Under the pieces are notes generated by a model that worked only from the letters and a program-made list of their open reading frames with translations, was not told the DNA's origin and searched no databases. Positions 11,101 through 18,559 of a DNA stretch of 45,421 nucleotides are shown in pieces. The number at the start of each line of letters is the position of its first letter. Position 1 is the first letter of the stretch. Source of the DNA: a virus (lineage: Duplodnaviria > Caudoviricetes); IMG/VR virus record IMGVR_UViG_3300032303_003678, positions 1-45,421 of that record. One strand, 5' to 3'. A program made the position numbers and the translations under genes.

Positions 11101-11676
11101 AGCAGCGTCAATGGCGATGTCTTTTACATAGAGGGCTACCAGGGCGGTTCCGTCGGAGGGGAGGCTGCAAAGGCCTACAGAAGAGTACTTGACAGGAAGG
11201 TCGGAAGATTGGGCTACGAGGGAATCGTCCTTGTGGCGGGGGGCGACCTAGAGACATCTCTGCCAGTGTCCAACGGATCGGGAAACACATCGCAGTCCGT
11301 CAATTCCGGCGACATAAAGGAGAACTACCTCGTTATAATTGACGGGAAATACTATTCTATAACGGACATAGACCGTTCCACGCTTGTTTTGAACGGGCCT
11401 CATGAAGAATGGGGCGTGTCTGGCCAGAACGTGGATTTTTCGGTGTATAAGTTTGAAAAGAAGGTTCTGGAGGTTCCTAAAAGGGAGCATCCTCCGGTGC
11501 CGGGACACATATTCAACTCCGTGGACCGCTCGGGGGGCGTGATCCTCTCGGGGACGGAGGCCGACGTTCACTTCACTGCCATGGCTCTCAACTCCATGGG
11601 GGGAGGGAGCCAGGGATCCGTTGATTTTTTGTCCCAGAATGAATCAATAGACTTTGAAATAGAATACAAGGAATAG
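8185..11676 (+). CDS. Large baseplate wedge protein (gp7 / P2 GpI-like domain) with inserted fibre-docking module
   Basis: DRYLPEMF...FLPLLSNFFNL...WRRQIKKAIPNFKKKGSVSGLKEAL is tail protein I-like; VRVAT..GDRVLVK.Q..ENGIY module near the N-terminus. Confidence 0.75.
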   Translation: MKTVGTDKDITIADDLKFILETRDGRDCLHTPYQITSVTVYFVSREFTDTSVSEYQKDFRRKDLLERYEQVKKSLCLRFKNNVRVATNSQTTLSGLQTIDGISLSEGDRVLVKSQTSPTENGIYSAKNGSWSRSDDASESSQVVSGMYLFVDEGIQNIGSGWMLQEESDVALGDTPLVFIKFSENGSPASPDENSASLLASLKTQIEQSKFSSNFFYKDADPVKVFGGSVDPETGELYPAWLNPDMVPPELRSKVISDNMLFQHEEDGELVEGKFVLEWNPAGCREGDYFVCWSWMPNLAGDVLSAHIGFSLEGNGSLTASIPTHATSPNKYETLMDRYLPEMFKTVISEADISPVVIKGLNESVAAGFTSVENMANQIIDLLDANATHEQFLPLLSNFFNLRLKSSDPTLWRRQIKKAIPNFKKKGSVSGLKEALGDIGMKFLKLTRMWQVVSDYTHQEHFDFAGSNVFDLSKTALLPTDSNFKVWRRNKNQDSWSEANDSNYQWSQGRVTWVGPALEEGDSIRVLYKTAPIPAGQQSKENYIRNLPLMDDRDERDQEYPTKNWNVHLLEEDDPMFDVIVPVRHPLADPTMWGRVRTEFPYSENAYNMDEYNGSKRESLIPCDIDKEFVDSCGRCQSSKFSLDLEAEAFSDESFDEARQITEEYMPFHSVVHAFNVSGGLNEFVEPATEKIETLLSFFGDEYTLAGEAQNIFSRNMDRDQMLNVKRSLLADFEVVAEESGTISNQRVCLYPSAPNSESFLSDGDRRGTTQGFDALNVNTSLVGSGAFDNSNLLEILGSSTTYGTLSSIDGDRAVMAGTVSSQMVGPTFEYRVSNKIADMVVDIEQADQLMLNDPNTDFSMFDISTQRDVDAGVAAAPVWRVRHASSQYIVHDMLPDGTLLLTYESPASAVVGWQLLKDGTLMKFSPSGSLTTLNYGMVSVVSPSAVEGLRAGDYLYLNWNSSTERYRIKSFSSVNGDVFYIEGYQGGSVGGEAAKAYRRVLDRKVGRLGYEGIVLVAGGDLETSLPVSNGSGNTSQSVNSGDIKENYLVIIDGKYYSITDIDRSTLVLNGPHEEWGVSGQNVDFSVYKFEKKVLEVPKREHPPVPGHIFNSVDRSGGVILSGTEADVHFTAMALNSMGGGSQGSVDFLSQNESIDFEIEYKE

Positions 11677-11688
11677 CGAGGAAAGAAA

Positions 11689-12159
11689 ATGGAAGAATCA
11701 CAGGCATGCAGGGGCGATGTACAGATGGTTATCGGGTACGAGGACGGCACGAGCGATGTTCTGGAGTTTCGCAACGCCATTCTGAAGAAGGGCAGGGAGG
11801 CGCTGGCTCTGTCGCTTGCCAACAGAATCGGCTCCGACTTTGACTTCTTTGTCAACAGGATGCTCTTCGGAGACGGAGGAACCACGGGCTCGGCTCCGAA
11901 GGTGGTTCAGCCCGACAGGAACGGCCTGTTCGGAACGACGAGGGTATCCAAGCCCGTCGTGGCAAACATAGACGTCAACAACGAATCCCAGGTGATATTC
12001 ACATCCGTGGTGGGCTTCGGCGAGGGAAACGGTTTCAATCTCAATGAGATGGCTCTTCAGATGCAGAACGGCGACCTGTACAGCATGGCGACCTTCCCTG
12101 GCATATCCAAGACGCAGCAGATGCAGCTGACCTTCAACTGGCGCATTTCGTTCCTCTGA
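11689..12159 (+). CDS. Tail/baseplate structural protein (tail-collar fibre N-terminal-like)
   Basis: NAILKKGREALA...FGDGGT...EGNGFNLNEMAL...LYSMATFPGISKT...LTFNWRISF pattern seen in proteins downstream of baseplate genes. Confidence 0.6.
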   Translation: MEESQACRGDVQMVIGYEDGTSDVLEFRNAILKKGREALALSLANRIGSDFDFFVNRMLFGDGGTTGSAPKVVQPDRNGLFGTTRVSKPVVANIDVNNESQVIFTSVVGFGEGNGFNLNEMALQMQNGDLYSMATFPGISKTQQMQLTFNWRISFL

Positions 12160-12227
12160 AAACGCCGTCCCGGTAGCGTAAATAGATTGCCATCCGGCTC
12201 CAGACCCCAAGAGACACGAGGATTGAA

Positions 12228-13466
12228 ATGCCAGACATCCAAAGCATACCCGAGGTTCTTTACCAGGCAGATCAGCCCTACCATGTCCACTATGACAATC
12301 TGCCCCTGAGGAACATCTTGGACAGGATCGGTCTTGTCAACATACAGGTTGACACAAACACCGACATTCTTCGTGGGGCATCCGGAAGTGCCGGATCGCT
12401 CAATGCCAGGCTTGACAAGTCTCTAGACGATGCCGGGGACATCAAGGCCGACGCGGTGAACAATGCCAACCACAGCATAGCAAGCCATGCTGACGGCGAC
12501 GGTTTCGTCCGAATGACAGACGAGGAGCGAGCCAAACTGGATGGCGTCCGAAGCGAGGCGAACAAGCTTGAGATAGAGATCGAGGGTTCCGGCGATTTTT
12601 TTACCGTCCCTCCCGCCGGAAGCAACGGAATCTTGCGTATCAGGAAGTCTTCCACGATATTCATGGAGTTTCAGAGTCCGGACACGGTTCGCCTGCATTC
12701 CGTATTTCCTCCCGACGCGGCCCACAGGCACAGTTGCGATCTCATCCCCGCATACGATGTTCCGTCAGGCCCCTCGTACAGAAACTACAGAACCACTGCG
12801 GTGAACACGCCCTTCGTGGAGGGGTCGCTCAGGGTCTATGTGAACGGAGCGAGAATAACAAAGGTTCCCGTAAAAGTCCTAAGCTATTCGGCCTCTTCTG
12901 TGACCGTGCCCAATTCGGGAGGCATTGTTGTTTTCCCTTCATCGGCATGGGTCGGCACATATATAGAATCGGAGAGCCCTGAAGGCGGCACTTTTAGGCT
13001 CAACAGGTCTATCTCGCCGAGCGATGTGATAAGGATAGATTTTGACGAGATGATTCTCCCGCCGTCCACTTTAGAAATTCAAACATGGCCGATAATTTAT
13101 TCAAAAATCACGGCAAATAACAAAACGACATATTGCTGGGCTGTACAGGCCATCGCACCGTCTGGATATTTAATACGGTATCAGTGGCAGTTTTCTGATA
13201 ATGGTGGCTCAACATGGACGGATTGGTCAGACGCAACTCTTAATACACCTTCTGGTAGCTTGCCTGACGGGACAGTTTTTGGAGGCGGTTCTTGGGTCAT
13301 ATCCGGCTCTAAAGCCGCAATTTTTACAATAGTGAAAAGCGGAGATGTTTCGTCGCCTCCATCGGGCAGGAAATACAGAGTGGAACTTTCTTCTCAAGGC
13401 CTTTCCACTGTATGGGCTTACGAGAAAAACAATTCGGTCGGAAGTTCAAGTTCAAGCTCAAGTTGA
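12228..13466 (+). CDS. Putative virion structural protein with C-terminal Ig-like segment and poly-Ser tail
   Basis: GSLRVYVNGARI motif; YQWQFSDNGGSTWTD Ig-like strand; ends SSVGSSSSSSS; GAGG RBS. Confidence 0.5.
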   Translation: MPDIQSIPEVLYQADQPYHVHYDNLPLRNILDRIGLVNIQVDTNTDILRGASGSAGSLNARLDKSLDDAGDIKADAVNNANHSIASHADGDGFVRMTDEERAKLDGVRSEANKLEIEIEGSGDFFTVPPAGSNGILRIRKSSTIFMEFQSPDTVRLHSVFPPDAAHRHSCDLIPAYDVPSGPSYRNYRTTAVNTPFVEGSLRVYVNGARITKVPVKVLSYSASSVTVPNSGGIVVFPSSAWVGTYIESESPEGGTFRLNRSISPSDVIRIDFDEMILPPSTLEIQTWPIIYSKITANNKTTYCWAVQAIAPSGYLIRYQWQFSDNGGSTWTDWSDATLNTPSGSLPDGTVFGGGSWVISGSKAAIFTIVKSGDVSSPPSGRKYRVELSSQGLSTVWAYEKNNSVGSSSSSSS

Positions 13467-13474
13467 GAGGACAG

Positions 13475-14038
13475 ATGTACAGGGGAAGCAGGGAAATAGA
13501 TATTAACTTCGTGATTCTGTCGCCTGATCCCAACATAGGCCGCCTGAAGGGTACTGTCAGGTCAATCAAGAATAACTACAAAGAAGACGCGAACATCGTC
13601 TGTTCTGTGAGAAAGGACATCAAGAAACCACAGTTGGACGAGATGAACGAGGTTTGTCCGGCGTTCAAGGGAGGCGAGACGATCACGTCCCTCATAAACA
13701 ACGGCATCAAGAATTCCAAGCCGGGCTGGACGATGTTGATAATGGAGGGTGCGTGGCTTCCAAGAAGCGTTCAGTACAGATATTCAAGTTGGATGGAAAA
13801 GAACACCGACATCCTTTTCCCCATAGTGATGAGCTATGACAAGGAAGGGATTCCGACGAAAATCTACAACACATTCGCGGAATGCACCTTGAATGGAATC
13901 ATGATAGACAGAGATTTTTTCTTGAAAGTGGGTAAACTTTCTGAAAATCCCCTGACGACATCACGCGAATTCTGGTCGTTTGAGGCGACGGATAAGGGAG
14001 CCACATTCAAGGCCATACTCGGGATAAAAATCTGCTAG
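13475..14038 (+). CDS. Glycosyltransferase-A-fold-like protein (degenerate), hypothetical
   Basis: Start moved to ATG 13475 (GAGAGG RBS, no overlap). FVILSP..., SLINNGIKNS..GWTMLIMEG and GIMIDRDFFLKVGKLSE echo GT2 topology, but there is no DxD. Confidence 0.4.
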   Translation: MYRGSREIDINFVILSPDPNIGRLKGTVRSIKNNYKEDANIVCSVRKDIKKPQLDEMNEVCPAFKGGETITSLINNGIKNSKPGWTMLIMEGAWLPRSVQYRYSSWMEKNTDILFPIVMSYDKEGIPTKIYNTFAECTLNGIMIDRDFFLKVGKLSENPLTTSREFWSFEATDKGATFKAILGIKIC

Positions 14039-14571
14039 TCGCCGAGGTTGAAGAATCGCCATCTGTTTTCGAAGTTGATGAAAGTGTCTCCGTCTATGTG
14101 CGACAGGTATTCCTTAACCTCGTCCCATGTAGAAAAGAACATGCTGTGGGGCAGTGTCCCGAATAGCCAGTCGGGGGTTTGATTCTTTCCTTGCTCCATC
14201 CTTATCAGAACCGGCTTCTTGGAGCGGTTGGCCAGGAATATCTCCTCAAGGGTTCCGCAGGGATGGGTGTTAAGATCTAGATTGACTATAAGAAAATCGC
14301 TTATGTCAACGAGCCTTAGATCCACTGCCCGGATGGTCTTCATCATATTGGAGAGCTCGTCGTATTTCTTGCTCTGCTTCAGGAGATTCTTCACCTGGTG
14401 GGTTGTGTCGTCCTCGGCTCCGAGGTCCCCCGGCTTGTTGAGCGGGTTGAATACGACCACCCCGAGGTCTTTCAAGAAGGGAGTTATGCTGTCCCTCCAT
14501 CCGAACCCCCTGTCCGCCACCCGATCCATGGCTCCGGCAAGGTAAACGCGCTGATTTCTGAGTCTGTTCAT
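14035..14571 (-). CDS. Nucleoside 2-deoxyribosyltransferase / nucleotide N-hydrolase family protein
   Basis: VYLAGAMD, VFNP, DLRLVDISDFLIVNLD and GTLEE (catalytic Glu) motifs; start at ATG 14571. Confidence 0.8.
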   Translation of the reverse strand: MNRLRNQRVYLAGAMDRVADRGFGWRDSITPFLKDLGVVVFNPLNKPGDLGAEDDTTHQVKNLLKQSKKYDELSNMMKTIRAVDLRLVDISDFLIVNLDLNTHPCGTLEEIFLANRSKKPVLIRMEQGKNQTPDWLFGTLPHSMFFSTWDEVKEYLSHIDGDTFINFENRWRFFNLGD

Positions 14572-14603
14572 GTTTTTTGGAGGTTTTTTCTCTAATAGGC
14601 TAG

Positions 14604-14632
14604 ACAATACCCATCGGAGCAAAAAATGTCAA
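14604..14632 (-). promoter_or_regulatory. sigma70-type promoter for the NDT-like gene
   Basis: Minus strand reads TTGACA-17 nt-TATTGT; overlaps the start codon of the divergent 14626 gene. Confidence 0.55.
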
Positions 14633-15294
14633 GTGAAATTTACAAGCGAGCCTGCGATCTTGTTGAATCCAGGCCGGTCTGTTCTAGGCATACTTTCTAC
14701 CAGTTGAAGCATTTCGTACTTGGAAAGGAACTCACCACACAGGCCAAAATGCAGAAGTGTCTTCGCGAGATAGATGCCCGAAAAGGCTCCATGAAATCAA
14801 TGATTTTAGGCATCGAGGATGCCGAGGACGAGCTGAAAATGCTAGGGCTCAAAATAGCTCTTTTGGAAAAAAAGAAAGAGAAAAATGAACTACATAAGGA
14901 GTACAAAGCCATTCAGAAAAGGAAACTTTCCCGTAAAAAGGCCGTCCTTCAGGACACCATCGATGACATGAGGAAGAAGCTCCTTGAGACAGAGGAGGAG
15001 ACGAGCTTTTTCCTCGGCGCCTACAGCCAGCTTGAGAAGATAGAACCCCTCAGGAGGCACGATGACCCGGAAGCTAACGCCCATTACTGGAATGAGAATT
15101 TTGCCCAGGAACTTCAATTGAGGCTTCTGTTGCAGAAGCCCCTGGATTTGGATTTGGTGAAGTGCATACTTGCGATGGATCCAGAATCCGCGACCAGAAA
15201 GGAAATGATAGGAATATTGGAGCAGATACAAAACAGGGCACTCATCGCCAGCGAACAAGCGAAGTTGTCCGTCAAGGAAAAAAACGATGAGTGA
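14626..15294 (+). CDS. Coiled-coil hypothetical protein
   Basis: 222 aa, Lys/Glu-rich heptads, overlaps the start of the next gene. Confidence 0.6.
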   Translation: MSSEIYKRACDLVESRPVCSRHTFYQLKHFVLGKELTTQAKMQKCLREIDARKGSMKSMILGIEDAEDELKMLGLKIALLEKKKEKNELHKEYKAIQKRKLSRKKAVLQDTIDDMRKKLLETEEETSFFLGAYSQLEKIEPLRRHDDPEANAHYWNENFAQELQLRLLLQKPLDLDLVKCILAMDPESATRKEMIGILEQIQNRALIASEQAKLSVKEKNDE

Positions 15295-16273
15295 AAGACC
15301 ATCTAGTTTGGATGTGGGTTATGTGGCCGGGAAGCTTTCTCTTTTTCCCGATGTCTTGGACGACAAGGACAGCCTGTACGAGGTCAGAAACAACGCAGAG
15401 ACGGTGTTGAGGACGGGACTCCCGTACAACGGCAAGAAAATAATAGTGGAGGACACATCCCCTTTTCCCCCGACGGGCATAATAAGAGTGGGATTGCCCG
15501 CGGGAGTGGCGGGCGAGGCGGAGCTGATCTACTACGGCTCCAAGACCGAAAATGCATTCAAGGATCTTGTGAGGGGGTTTGCGGGATCAAGACAGAACCA
15601 ATGGCCTGCGGGAACTTCGGCCACAAACGCGGTGACGGCCGAGCCGCACAACGCCGTCAAGGACGCGATCATAAACATAGAAAAAAGAGTGGGACTTGAA
15701 ACCAAACCCGATCCAGGGAGCCTGAACAGAAGGCTGAAGGACATGGAACTGAAATTTCTGTCTCCCAAGGCGGTTTTCAGGTCGTATCCGAGAGTCGTAG
15801 GGCCGGGAAAGCCGGTCAGGTTCCAGAACTTCTCCGAAGGAGATGTCATCAGAAACCTTTGGGACTTCGGAGACGGCGGACAGAGCATGGAAAAGAATCC
15901 GACCTACACCTATGCTAAAGAAGGGGTGTACACGGTGCGACTTCACATAGTCACAAATACGGGAGCCCAAGGAATATCCACGAAGACCAATTATCTGACC
16001 GTCTCGGAGGACGAAAAGCCGTCTTTCTTCTACGCAAAGAAACTCAATTCGCCGGCTCTCACCTACAGTTTCGTTGACCAGACGGACGGGGACATACTTC
16101 AGAGGTTCTGGGTGTTCGGCGACGGGGAGAGCCTCAAGGAGGAGGATCCTGCGAAGCACGAAGTGTCTCATACGTACCAGAGTCCAGGACTCTACGAGCC
16201 ATCATTGCTGCTGGTGTTTGCGGGAGACAAGGTCAGAAGAGTTTTTCTCAGCGAAATGCTGGAGGTGTCCTGA
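15287..16273 (+). CDS. PKD-domain virion protein (paralog 1)
   Basis: Two PKD motifs: WDFGDGGQSMEKNPTYTYAKEGVYTVRL and WVFGDG...HTYQSPGLY. Confidence 0.8.
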   Translation: MSERPSSLDVGYVAGKLSLFPDVLDDKDSLYEVRNNAETVLRTGLPYNGKKIIVEDTSPFPPTGIIRVGLPAGVAGEAELIYYGSKTENAFKDLVRGFAGSRQNQWPAGTSATNAVTAEPHNAVKDAIINIEKRVGLETKPDPGSLNRRLKDMELKFLSPKAVFRSYPRVVGPGKPVRFQNFSEGDVIRNLWDFGDGGQSMEKNPTYTYAKEGVYTVRLHIVTNTGAQGISTKTNYLTVSEDEKPSFFYAKKLNSPALTYSFVDQTDGDILQRFWVFGDGESLKEEDPAKHEVSHTYQSPGLYEPSLLLVFAGDKVRRVFLSEMLEVS

Positions 16274-18549
16274 TGGCCAACATGCCGAAAACCAGCGACT
16301 TCCCGAAGACTTTAGACAACGACAAAAACCTCTTTCTCGTCCACGATGCGCTGAGAGTCAGGCTTCTGGAGGACTACAACCCGGGGGACACTTCGATAAT
16401 AGTAGAGGGCGACGAGTCAGTCATGTATAAGTTCCCCCCGAACGGACTCATAACGCTCACGGAGCAGTGCGAGGACATAGACAAGAGGGCTTTGAGTTTC
16501 TACTACAATTCCAAGACATCCACAAGTTTCGACGAACTTGAAATCCTAGAAGAGTTCAAGGATCTTGATGTTGCCAAACCAAGAAGAACAACAAATGTCA
16601 CGATGAATGTGACAGACAGACATCACAATCATCTCAAAGACGCTCTGATTTCCACGCAGTACTTCCTAGGGACGAGGTACGACGGCGAGGACGACGAAAC
16701 CATCACCGGGAGAATAAAATACGTGGAAAGGCTTGCCCTTTCCCCAAAGGTCTGGTTCTCCTCTGATTCGACGGTCGGGATCGCTCCCTTGAAAGTAACT
16801 TTCAACAACGAGAGTTTCAGACTTGGCGACGGCAAGATAACAATGACCTGGAGATTTGGGGAGGGGCCCGACCTGGTTCGGGAGTACGACGGATCTTCAG
16901 ATTTTCTGTCAAGGAACGAAGTTGTCGGAGGAGTCTCCATATCAGGAGGTTCTCTGACAAAGACATATTCATCCCCCGGAACTTATACGGTGAGGCTGAC
17001 GGTGGAGAATGAACACGGCAAGGATTCGGTAGAGTTCGTGAATATGATAAACGCAAGAAGCGAGTGTCCTGATACGGCTGTGATACAGATAAATCACAGG
17101 GCTTCGCAGAATTACTACCAGGGAAATGTCGCGCAGGGAGTCTTCCCAAGAATAAGATCTGTGGCGAACAGTTTCATAGATATGGAGGTGCCTTCCGGTC
17201 TCAATCCATCGAATCCGGGACACAGGTACTCGGGAGAGAAGGTTGACGGCAACGGAAATCCGATAGATCCGATCGAGGAGTACACATGGTCTTTGGGAGA
17301 TGATCTTCCCCATTCCGACTACAGGATAGCCAAGGCCTCGTACAGCCTCGGGGGGTACTACGACATAAATCTCAGGGTAGACACGATCTACGGGGCGTAC
17401 AGGATCACCAAGTACCCGAACTCAATAGACATAGTTGAATCAAGCAACCTATGGATGTTCAACCACACCTCTTTGAACGCCAACGGAAGCGGCGTTGTCA
17501 AGGCCTATGAATTTGGCCTTCAGAGCGAGACATTCAAGACGCTCGGCTCGCAGACGCTTCAGGTAAGCAGAGACAATTCATTTTTGGACCACTACGGATC
17601 CCAGGACTACTACTCTGATGCGCTGGCCAGGTCAAAAAGGGAATTCTCCAGAAATGTGGAATTCGTCCAGGCGGGCACCGGAAGTTCGGGAGGCGGGGGA
17701 AATTCTCTCCTCATGTGGGCTGGCGGTGGGGCTGTGGTAGACGGAAAGAAAATCCACATAAGGAAGTACAACGCATTTGATGACCACTACGAAAGCGTGC
17801 CAGACATATCTAACAGGCCATGGAACTGGGCGGCGTTGAATTCTGCCGACAAAACATACTTTCTGTTTGGGGAGGATCAAAGCCCGTCATCCGGAATCAA
17901 CATTGCCTTCCCGCAAAGACTAGACTATGACCTTGCGACTCAGACGGCCTTGTCGCCGACAATCCTGCAGTTCTCTTCGTTTGAAAATGGTGCCGACGAG
18001 CTTCTTAATCACCCCTCGTTTTTTGACGAGTCGGGAACGCCCACCAACGGCAACTTCGCAGTTTACAGAACGGCATGGAAGGATTCTTCGGGGTACATAA
18101 TTCGCAATTCTTCAGTGAATGAGTTCTTCAGGCTTTCGGATTTCTACAGAACAAACGGCAGTCTCTCGAGTCCGTTCGGAACGATCACCAAGCTACCAAG
18201 CATCGTCGGATCCGTCAAACTAGAGGGGCAGCTCGTCAGCCTCTCCAACGGAGTCTTTCTGTTCAACAATACTGGAGAAATATGCGCCTGGAACGACACC
18301 TCCCTCACATGGGAGGTCGGTCGAGCAAACTCTTCTTCGGTCTCCTTCAGATCACTACAGGACTTTTCCGTGTCGGGATTTGATGACAGATCAAACACGC
18401 TCCTTGCGGTTTCGGATGGAGACAGGGCCGCATACCTCAGTTACGACTATAGCCCCAAGGCCTTCATAAAATTCGATGGGACAGACCTGACTTTTTCGGT
18501 CGTAAGGACAAGGCCATCAGGATCCCAATTTAAGATGGGCATTTACTAA
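16273..18549 (+). CDS. PKD-domain virion protein (paralog 2) with large beta-rich C-terminus
   Basis: GIAPLKVTF, WRFGEG, TYSSPGTYTVRLTVENEHG, WSLGD; N-terminal domain shared with 15287 and 18560. Confidence 0.75.
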   Translation: MANMPKTSDFPKTLDNDKNLFLVHDALRVRLLEDYNPGDTSIIVEGDESVMYKFPPNGLITLTEQCEDIDKRALSFYYNSKTSTSFDELEILEEFKDLDVAKPRRTTNVTMNVTDRHHNHLKDALISTQYFLGTRYDGEDDETITGRIKYVERLALSPKVWFSSDSTVGIAPLKVTFNNESFRLGDGKITMTWRFGEGPDLVREYDGSSDFLSRNEVVGGVSISGGSLTKTYSSPGTYTVRLTVENEHGKDSVEFVNMINARSECPDTAVIQINHRASQNYYQGNVAQGVFPRIRSVANSFIDMEVPSGLNPSNPGHRYSGEKVDGNGNPIDPIEEYTWSLGDDLPHSDYRIAKASYSLGGYYDINLRVDTIYGAYRITKYPNSIDIVESSNLWMFNHTSLNANGSGVVKAYEFGLQSETFKTLGSQTLQVSRDNSFLDHYGSQDYYSDALARSKREFSRNVEFVQAGTGSSGGGGNSLLMWAGGGAVVDGKKIHIRKYNAFDDHYESVPDISNRPWNWAALNSADKTYFLFGEDQSPSSGINIAFPQRLDYDLATQTALSPTILQFSSFENGADELLNHPSFFDESGTPTNGNFAVYRTAWKDSSGYIIRNSSVNEFFRLSDFYRTNGSLSSPFGTITKLPSIVGSVKLEGQLVSLSNGVFLFNNTGEICAWNDTSLTWEVGRANSSSVSFRSLQDFSVSGFDDRSNTLLAVSDGDRAAYLSYDYSPKAFIKFDGTDLTFSVVRTRPSGSQFKMGIY

Positions 18550-18559
18550 ATAACAAACC

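Noticed and set aside
1661-11676. Extracellular contractile injection system or T6SS locus
   Set aside because: Gene order resembles eCIS, but a terminase, primase, long tape measure and phage-style promoters in the same window indicate a genuine phage
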